Shown: piece after piece, positions 57,443 to 64,000 of the stretch
Layout of the letters: each line of letters opens with the position of its first letter
Numbering within the stretch: the first letter of the stretch is position 1
Assembly: GCA_963758635.1 (NCBI GenBank)
Contig: CAVWWD010000003.1
Location: 672,001 to 736,000 of the forward strand
Source of the DNA: an uncultured Candidatus Rokubacteria bacterium
Lineage (GTDB): Bacteria > Methylomirabilota > Methylomirabilia > Rokubacteriales > CSP1-6
Direction of reading: 5' to 3'
Length of the DNA: 64,000 nt
Made by a program: the position numbers and the translations under genes
The notes under the pieces: model-generated
Seen by the model: the letters and a program-made list of their open reading frames with translations, nothing else
The model's database searches: none
Told to the model about the DNA's origin: nothing

Positions 57443-58380
57443 GCGTGTCGCCGCGGACGGCCGTCCTCGCCGCCGGCCTGCTCGCGCTCGCGCTGGTGCC
57501 GGTGGCGGCGGCCGCGCTCCAGCAGCCGTTCTACGTGGACCTCTTCCGCCGCATGATGATCTTCGCCATCGCCGCGGTCAGCCTCGACCTCGTCCTCGGC
57601 TACGGCGGCATGGTGAGCTTCGGCCACGCCGCGTACCTGGGGATCGGCGCCTACGCGGTCGGGATCCTCGCGCACCACGGGATCGCGAGCGGCTTCCTGC
57701 AGTGGCCGCTGGCCATCGGGGCCTCCGCCCTGCTCGCGCTGCTGATCGGCGCGGTGAGCCTGCGCACCAGCGGCGTATCGTTCATCATGATCACGCTCGC
57801 CTTCACCCAGATGCTGTACTACCTCGGGATCAGCCTCGAGGCGTACGGCGGGGACGACGGGATGCGGCTGCCCGCGCGGAGCCAGTTCGGGGGCCTCGTC
57901 GACCTTCGCGACCCCGCCGCCTTCTATTACGTCGTGCTCGGCATCCTCGTGGGCTTCGTGCTGCTCGGCCGGCGCCTCACCGAGTCCCGCTTCGGCATGG
58001 TGATCCGCGGCGCGCGCTCGAACGAGCTGCGCATGCGGGCCATCGGCTACACGACGTTTCCGTACAAGCTCCTCGCCTTCGTGGTGGCCGGCGCGATGTG
58101 CGGGACGGCGGGCGCGCTGCTCGTCAACCAGACCGAGTACCTGACGCCGGAGTTCATGCACTGGACGCGCTCGGGCGACATCATGTTCATGGTCATCCTG
58201 GGCGGGATGGGCACGCTGGTGGGGCCGGTCATCGGCGCGATCGCCTTCCTGCTGCTCGAGGACCTCCTGTCCGCGTGGACGGTCCACTGGCAGATCATCC
58301 TGGGCCCGGTGCTCGTGCTCGTGGTGCTGTACGCGCGCCGAGGGCTCGCCGGGCTGCTCCCGGGAGGCGGCGGTGGCTGA
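57439..58380 (+). CDS. livM: Branched-chain amino acid-type ABC permease
   Basis: GYGGMVSFGHAA, FIMITLAF, GGDDG, SRFG, MVILGGMGT. Confidence 0.92.
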   Translation: MSVSPRTAVLAAGLLALALVPVAAAALQQPFYVDLFRRMMIFAIAAVSLDLVLGYGGMVSFGHAAYLGIGAYAVGILAHHGIASGFLQWPLAIGASALLALLIGAVSLRTSGVSFIMITLAFTQMLYYLGISLEAYGGDDGMRLPARSQFGGLVDLRDPAAFYYVVLGILVGFVLLGRRLTESRFGMVIRGARSNELRMRAIGYTTFPYKLLAFVVAGAMCGTAGALLVNQTEYLTPEFMHWTRSGDIMFMVILGGMGTLVGPVIGAIAFLLLEDLLSAWTVHWQIILGPVLVLVVLYARRGLAGLLPGGGGG

Positions 58381-58606
58381 GCCGCTCCGCCGCTCCCACG
58401 GGGGTGGCGGTGGCTGAGCCGCTCCGCCCTTCCCACGGGGGTGGCGATGGCTGAGCCGCTCCGCCCTTCCCACGGGGGTGGTGATGGCTGAGCCGCTCCG
58501 CCCTTCCCACGGGGGTGGCGATGGCTGAGCCGCTCCGCCCTCCACGGGGTGGTGATGGCTGAGCCGCTCCGCCCTTCCCACGGGGGTGGTGATGGCTGAG
58601 CCGCTC
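58373..58606 (+). repeat. Tandem repeat of six units (37,37,37,37,34,37 bp) duplicating the livM/livG junction
   Basis: Unit ATGGCTGAGCCGCTCCGCCCTTCCCACGGGGGTGGCG; unit starts at 58373, 58410, 58447, 58484, 58521, 58555, then livG at 58592. Confidence 0.97.
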
Positions 58607-59338
58607 CTCGCCGTGCGCGGGCTCGTGAAGTCGTTCGGGGGCCTCCTCGCCATCAACGGCGTGGACCTCGACGTGCGGGCAGGAGAGGTGCACGCCGTGA
58701 TCGGGCCCAACGGGGCGGGGAAGACGACGCTGATCAACCAGCTCGCGGGCGAGCTGTCGCCGGACGCGGGGACGATCCGGTTCTCCGGGGCCGACGTGAC
58801 CCGGCTCGGCGCCCCCGCGCGGTGCGCGCGCGGCCTCGCGCGATCGTTCCAGCTCACGAGCGTGTTCCGCGACTTCACCGCGCTCGACAACGTCGCGCTC
58901 GCCGAGCAGGCGCGCGCCGGCCACAGCTTCCGGTTCTGGCGGCCGGCCCGGCGCGACCCCGATCTTCGCGAGCCCGCCCGCGTCACGCTCGCCTCCGTCG
59001 GCCTCGGCGATCGCGCCGACGTGCCGGCGGCGAGCCTGGCCCACGGCGAGCAGCGCCAGCTCGAGATCGCCATGGCCCTGGCCACGCGGCCACGGCTCCT
59101 CCTCCTGGACGAGCCGGTGGCGGGCATGGGCCTCGACGAGTCCCAGCGCATGGTCCACCTCCTGCGCGGGCTCAAGGGCGCCGTGACCATGCTGCTGGTC
59201 GAGCACGACATGGAGGCGGTGTGGGCGCTCGCCGATCGCATCACCGTGCTCGTCTACGGGCGGGTGATCGCCACCGGCCGCCCGGAGGAGATCCGCGCCA
59301 ACCCTGAGGTCCGCCGTGCCTACCTCGGCGAGGATTGA
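58592..59338 (+). CDS. livG: ABC transporter ATP-binding protein
   Basis: GPNGAGKTT, ARSFQ, LLLLDEP, VEHDM, AYLG. Confidence 0.94.
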   Translation: MAEPLLAVRGLVKSFGGLLAINGVDLDVRAGEVHAVIGPNGAGKTTLINQLAGELSPDAGTIRFSGADVTRLGAPARCARGLARSFQLTSVFRDFTALDNVALAEQARAGHSFRFWRPARRDPDLREPARVTLASVGLGDRADVPAASLAHGEQRQLEIAMALATRPRLLLLDEPVAGMGLDESQRMVHLLRGLKGAVTMLLVEHDMEAVWALADRITVLVYGRVIATGRPEEIRANPEVRRAYLGED

Positions 59339-59339
59339 C

Positions 59340-60041
59340 ATGCTGAGCTTGCGCGGTGTGGAGACGGCGTACGGCGCGAGCCAGGTGCTCTTCGGGGTGA
59401 GCCTGGACCTGGCGGAGGGGCAGGTGGTCACGCTGCTCGGCCGGAACGGGATGGGGAAGACCACCACGGTGCGGTCCATCATGGGCATCGTGCCGCCACG
59501 GGCCGGCGAGATCAGGCTCGACGGGCAGCCCATCCACGGCCTGCCGTCGTTCCGCATCGCCCAGGCCGGCCTGGGCCTGGTGCCGGAAGGCCGGCAGATC
59601 TTTCCGAACCTGACGGTGCGGGAGAACCTGGTGGCCACCGCGGCCAACCGATCGCCCGGCGCGCCGGCGTGGACGCTCTCCCGCGTGTACGCGATGTTCC
59701 CGGGCCTCGCCGAGCGGCAGGCGAGCCTCGGCAGCCGGCTCTCCGGCGGCGAGCAGCAGATGCTCGCCATCGGCCGCGCGCTCATGACCAACCCGCGGCT
59801 CGTGATCCTGGACGAGGCCACCGAGGGGCTGGCCCCGCTGGTCCGGGCCGAGATCTGGCGGTGCGTGGCCGAGCTGAAGCGCGAGGGGCTCTCGATCCTG
59901 CTCATCGACAAGAACGTGGACGCGCTTACCCGCGTGGCGGACGTTCACTATATTCTCGAGAAGGGACAGATCGTCTGGACCGGCAGCTCGGCCGAGCTCG
60001 TCGCCCGGCCCGACGTCCAGCATCGCTATCTCGGCGTGTAG
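59340..60041 (+). CDS. livF: ABC transporter ATP-binding protein
   Basis: GRNGMGKTT, VPEGRQIF, LSGGEQQMLAIGRAL, LDEATEGLAP. Confidence 0.94.
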   Translation: MLSLRGVETAYGASQVLFGVSLDLAEGQVVTLLGRNGMGKTTTVRSIMGIVPPRAGEIRLDGQPIHGLPSFRIAQAGLGLVPEGRQIFPNLTVRENLVATAANRSPGAPAWTLSRVYAMFPGLAERQASLGSRLSGGEQQMLAIGRALMTNPRLVILDEATEGLAPLVRAEIWRCVAELKREGLSILLIDKNVDALTRVADVHYILEKGQIVWTGSSAELVARPDVQHRYLGV

Positions 60042-60061
60042 AGACGCAAGCAAAGGACGCA

Positions 60062-60094
60062 GGTGCGGGCGGGCGAAGCCCGGGCGCCCGCACC
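60062..60094. repeat. 33-bp REP-like palindrome
   Basis: GGTGCGGGCGGGCGAAGCCCGGGCGCCCGCACC. Confidence 0.8.
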
Positions 60095-60108
60095 AGGAGA
60101 GACAACGC

Positions 60109-60962
60109 ATGGCGTGGATCGATCCGGACTTTCCGAAGGCGGCGACCCCGAGCGACTTCGTGGGCCGCGTGCTCGGGCTCAATCCCGGCATGATGACGGG
60201 GCCGGGGACCAACACGTACCTGGTGGGCGCGCGCGATCCCGATCCTGATCGACACCGGGGCGGGCGTGGCCGGCTACGTCCCGATCTTCGCCGAGTACGT
60301 GGCGAGCCGCGGCTGGCGGCGGCCGGCGCGGATCCTCCTGACCCACCGGCACCGCGACCACCTGGGCGGCGTGGACCACCTGCGGGAGCGGTACCCCGGC
60401 CTCTCCGTGTCGAAGATGATCTGGAAGGACGAGGGCCTGCCCGAAGGCACGCAGGACCTCCGGGACGGGGAGACGGTGACGGGCGACGGCGTCACGCTGG
60501 TCCCCGTGCACACGCCCGGCCACGCCTCCGATCACCTCTGCTACTACCTGCCCGAGGAGCAGGCGCTCTTCAGCGGCGACCTGATCCTGAACGGCTCGAC
60601 CTCGGTGATCCCCGAGGAGGACGGCGATCTCGGGCTCTACATGGACTCGCTGCGGCGCGTGCAGGCCCTCGGCGTCCGGCGCATCTACCCGGCGCACGGG
60701 CCGGTCATCGAGGACGCGCCGGGGAAGATCCAGGAGTACATCGACCACCGGCTGCTCCGGGAGCGCCAGATCCTCGACGCCCTCGGCGGCGGGGCGCGGA
60801 CGATCCCCGCCATGGTGAAGGTCGATCTACGCCGACGTGCCCGAGAAGCTCCACGCCATGGCCGGCCAGTCGGTGCACTCGCACCTGAAGAAGCTCGCGG
60901 AGGAGGGGCGGGTCAGCGAGGAGCAGGTGGCGAACGAGCCCTCGCGCTGGACGCTCTCCTGA
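60109..60962 (+). CDS. MBL-fold metallohydrolase (LACTB2-like); two apparent +1 frameshifts (about 60241 and 60824)
   Basis: NPGMMTGPGTNTYLVG / ILIDTG, THRHRDH, TPGHASDH, FSGD, PAHG / IYADVP...HSHLKKL across three frames. Confidence 0.88.
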
Positions 60963-61066
60963 CCTGGCCAGCGGGCGGGGCCGGGCCAGTTCCACGAGCC
61001 CGGCGCCTCCAACGAGCTTCGCGCACAGGCGAGTCGGCTGCGCCTTCGGCTCTGCTCGAGCACGGC

Positions 61067-61543
61067 TCAGTGGCCGTTGCCTTTGACGGCCTCGGCCATG
61101 GCGGCGGCGAGGTTCTGGCGGGCGGCCATGAGGTTCGGGTGCACGGCCAGCGTGCGCATGAACAGGGCGGCGGCCTGCCGGTACTGGCCGAGCGCCATGT
61201 GGCAGAGCCCCTGGCCGGACAGCGCGCCGAAGTGGTTGGGGTTGCGGTCCAGGGTCTCCTCGCAGTCGGCGATCGACCCCTCGTAGTTCTCGGCGAGGTA
61301 GCGGACGGTGGCGCGCTTGTTCCACCCCTCGGCGAAGTCGGCGGCGCGCTCGATGATGCGGGTGAAGAGGACCTCGGCCTCGCCGAGGTCGTGGCGCTCC
61401 AGGGCCTCGACGCCCTCGTGCATCCACCCGTCGACCTCGGCGTTGCCCGAGCGGCACCACATGTCCCAGAGCAGGGCCTCGGCCTCGGCCGCCTGATCGG
61501 GGTCGTTGCCACGGAGGGCCTCGAGCGCCTCTTCCTCGCTCAT
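61067..61543 (-). CDS. Tetratricopeptide repeat protein
   Basis: FAEGWNKRAT..Y, SIADC...L..NP.HFGALSGQG TPR pattern. Confidence 0.88.
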   Translation of the reverse strand: MSEEEALEALRGNDPDQAAEAEALLWDMWCRSGNAEVDGWMHEGVEALERHDLGEAEVLFTRIIERAADFAEGWNKRATVRYLAENYEGSIADCEETLDRNPNHFGALSGQGLCHMALGQYRQAAALFMRTLAVHPNLMAARQNLAAAMAEAVKGNGH

Positions 61544-61576
61544 CGCGCCCGCGTCGCGCTCACGGCGGCGACCCGA

Positions 61577-62086
61577 TCAGGACGCCCTGCGCGCGGCCCG
61601 CGCGTCGAGGTGGTCGAGGAGCCGGTCCATCGACTGCTCGAGGCAGCGCTTGATCTCGTCGCGGCACGCGCGGTAGCGGTCCTCCTCCTGCCCGAACGGA
61701 TCCTTGATGTCGCCGCCGTCGCCCGCGAACTCCCGGAGGGTGAACACGCGGCCGCTCGGCGTCTCGGTGATCGTGGCGAGCGTATGCTTCTGCTCGTCGG
61801 TCATGGTGAGGATCAGGTCGGCCTCACCGATCAGGTGATGATGACGCCGGAGATCGGTCGAGGCGAAGGTGTCCTCGCCCAGCACGATCCCATCCTCCCG
61901 CAGCACGATGCGCGCGTCGAGCGATGGGATCATGCCGTCCCGCGCGATGTTCCCCACGCCCCCCGAGCGCACCTGCACGCCGTGGTCGGCGCGGCGCTCG
62001 GCGAGCATCTTCTCGAGGAGCACGTGCGCCATCACGCTCCGGCACGTGTTGGCGTGGCAGACGAAGAGGACGGTGTGTCGGCTCAC
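61577..62086 (-). CDS. Low-molecular-weight protein phosphatase (YwlE-like arginine/tyrosine phosphatase)
   Basis: VLFVCHANTCRS P-loop, ADLILTM, DIKDPFG. Confidence 0.9.
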   Translation of the reverse strand: MSRHTVLFVCHANTCRSVMAHVLLEKMLAERRADHGVQVRSGGVGNIARDGMIPSLDARIVLREDGIVLGEDTFASTDLRRHHHLIGEADLILTMTDEQKHTLATITETPSGRVFTLREFAGDGGDIKDPFGQEEDRYRACRDEIKRCLEQSMDRLLDHLDARAARRAS

Positions 62087-63075
62087 CGGTCCTCCTTGGG
62101 GAACTGCCAGAAGCGGACGCCGCTGCCGAGGTCCTTCCACTCCGCGGCCGGCCGGTCGCCCAGCGTGCGGCCGAAGTCGGTGGCGGGCGGCTGGCGGAGC
62201 GAGGCGCCCAGCGTCTGCGGGAAGAGCTTGGCCAGCTCCGCCGGCTCGAGCTTCCGGTTCGCCTCCACGCGCCGGACGGCGGTGGGCTGCTGGAGCAGGG
62301 TGTAGCCGTACCCGAACGAGTGGAACACCTGCCCGTTCACGCCGGCGGCGGCGTCCGACGCCAGGTAGACCACGAGCGGGGCCACGTTGTCGGGGTCGCG
62401 CTCCGTTCCCACCGCCTGCTGGCTCGGCCACTTGCCGGTGGTCTCGAACACCTGGCGGCCGCGCGGCGTCGAGTCGATCATGCGCGTCGCGCCGCTCGGC
62501 ATGATGGCGTTGGACGTCACGCCGTACTTGCCCATCGCGTTGGCCGTCGACCACGTGAAGCCGATGATGCCGCACTTGGCCGCGGCGTAGTTGGGCTGGC
62601 CGGCGGCGCCGAGCGCGGACACCGACGACATGTTGATCATGCGGCCGCCCTTCTGCTCCCGCATGGATGGGGAGGCGGCGCGGCACGTGTTGTAGGTGCC
62701 CTTGAGGTGCACGTCCAGCACGGCGTCCCACTCCGCCTCGCTCATGTTGAAGAGCATCCGGTCGCGCAGGATGCCCGCCACGTTGACCACGATGTCGATG
62801 CGGCCGAAGGTGCCGATGGCCTGCTCGACCATGGCGGTGGCCTGGCCGGAGTCCGCCACCGAGCCGTAGTTGGCCACGGCCACGCCACCCGCCTTGGTGA
62901 TCTCGTCCACCACCAGGTCGGCGGGCGCCTTCTCGATGCCGTCGCCCGCGAGGCTGGCGCCGAGGTCGTTGACCACCACCTTCGCGCCTTCCTTCGCCAT
63001 CAGGATCGCGATGCCGCGCCCGATGCCACGTCCCGATCCCGTCACCAGCGCGATCTTTCCGTCGAGCATGCCCAT
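62083..63075 (-). CDS. Short-chain dehydrogenase/reductase (hydroxyacyl-CoA dehydrogenase-like)
   Basis: TGSGRGIG, VVVNDLG, AGILRDRM, NYAAAK. Confidence 0.93.
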   Translation of the reverse strand: MGMLDGKIALVTGSGRGIGRGIAILMAKEGAKVVVNDLGASLAGDGIEKAPADLVVDEITKAGGVAVANYGSVADSGQATAMVEQAIGTFGRIDIVVNVAGILRDRMLFNMSEAEWDAVLDVHLKGTYNTCRAASPSMREQKGGRMINMSSVSALGAAGQPNYAAAKCGIIGFTWSTANAMGKYGVTSNAIMPSGATRMIDSTPRGRQVFETTGKWPSQQAVGTERDPDNVAPLVVYLASDAAAGVNGQVFHSFGYGYTLLQQPTAVRRVEANRKLEPAELAKLFPQTLGASLRQPPATDFGRTLGDRPAAEWKDLGSGVRFWQFPKEDR

Positions 63076-63157
63076 GGGTTTCTCCTTTGTTGTTCGCCGT
63101 CGGGGCGCCTGCGCAGGGCTCCGGCTCCCGCCGGTCGGGGATGTCAGCCGTTTGTGG

Positions 63158-63946
63158 TCATGTCTGTGCCGGCGGCAGGGAGTCCAGGAAGCCGCCCAGC
63201 ACGCGGTTGAAGGCCTCGGGTTGGTCCAGGTTGGAGGAGTGTCCGGCGTCCCGGATGACTTCCAGGCGAGCGCCGGGGATCTTCTTCGCCATGTACTCGC
63301 AGGCCGCGAGGAACGGGGTGTCCTTGTCGCCGACGATCACGAGCGTGGGCACGGTGATGGACGGCAGCGATTCGATGATCGCGGCGTCCTTCTGCGCGAG
63401 CATGCCGCGCGCGGCGTGGGCCAGGCCCTGGGCCGACGTGTGGTGCCGGATGGCCTGGCGCGTCTCCGCGCTCCGCCCCTCGAGCACGGCGAGCCCGCGC
63501 GTCTCGAGCGCGGTGGCGCGCTCGCGGGCTTTCTTGTTCCAGTCCTCGCGGGCGGTGTCGTTCCGGAAGCCGGGGCCCGAGTCGCAGATGACGAGGGCGC
63601 GGACCATCTCCGGATGGGCCCGGTAGAACGCGAGCGACATCGTGCCGCCGAGCGAGAGCCCGCCGATGACCGCGCGGCCGACGCCGAGGTGCCCGAGCAG
63701 CGCGCGCATGTCCGCCACGGTCAGGTCGTGGGAGTACTGGGCGGGGTCGTCGGGGCTCGAGGTCGAGCCGTGTCCCCGCATGTCCCAGCTCACCACGCGG
63801 TACCGGCCGCCCAGCGCCTCGCGCTGGCCGTCCCACATCCGCCCGGTGGCCGAGTAGCCGTGGCTGAGCAGGACCGGCGGGCCCGAGCCGCCGTCCTGGT
63901 ACTCGATGTCGATCCCGTTGAGCCGCGCGCTGGGCATACGTGTCAC
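63158..63946 (-). CDS. Alpha/beta fold hydrolase
   Basis: HGY, DMRGHG, GLSLGG nucleophile elbow, GDKD, AGH. Confidence 0.92.
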   Translation of the reverse strand: MTRMPSARLNGIDIEYQDGGSGPPVLLSHGYSATGRMWDGQREALGGRYRVVSWDMRGHGSTSSPDDPAQYSHDLTVADMRALLGHLGVGRAVIGGLSLGGTMSLAFYRAHPEMVRALVICDSGPGFRNDTAREDWNKKARERATALETRGLAVLEGRSAETRQAIRHHTSAQGLAHAARGMLAQKDAAIIESLPSITVPTLVIVGDKDTPFLAACEYMAKKIPGARLEVIRDAGHSSNLDQPEAFNRVLGGFLDSLPPAQT

Positions 63947-64000
63947 TCCGGCAGGGGTTGATAGAGGATCGTGAAGTCGCGTGCGCTCATCGTCGGCCTC

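Noticed and set aside
58373..58606. CRISPR array (37-bp periodicity)
   Set aside because: Units are contiguous and near-identical with no unique spacers; no cas genes; sequence derives from the flanking gene junction

Overview
Very GC-rich bacterial chromosomal region with mostly core and metabolic genes. Gene style suggests Candidatus Rokubacteria/Methylomirabilota, but this is inference only. Minus strand, left to right: (1) pyrR-pyrB-pyrC-carA-(88-aa orphan)-carB with a PyrR attenuator; (2) a DUF2877-FdrA-DUF1116-amidohydrolase cluster (AllHFG/YahEFGJ-like); (3) two multi-sensor histidine kinases, a single-domain receiver and a REC-class III cyclase; (4) lpxC with a sigma54-type promoter, then DUF4390 and an NtrY/NtrX-like pair; (5) lepA-lepB-hemW-hrcA-grpE-dnaJ-prmA-rsmE-archease, without dnaK; (6) nucleotide-sugar genes; (7) a caa3-type cytochrome c oxidase operon with haem A assembly genes. 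Plus strand: an acyl-CoA dehydrogenase pair, an atypical hybrid kinase, NUDIX, benzoate-CoA-ligase-like enzyme, thioesterase, Liv-type ABC transporter and MBL hydrolase. No rRNA, tRNA, CRISPR array or transposase was seen. The most unusual signal is intergenic. Several families of short dispersed elements (TA-flanked MITE-like elements, REP-like palindromes) and 35-37-bp gene-junction duplications sit inside operons. At several junctions the inserted DNA reads as chains of mini-ORFs whose start and stop codons overlap the flanking genes, a putative translational-coupling relay that would make the insertions non-polar. Several single-base frameshifts in conserved genes suggest residual sequencing error.
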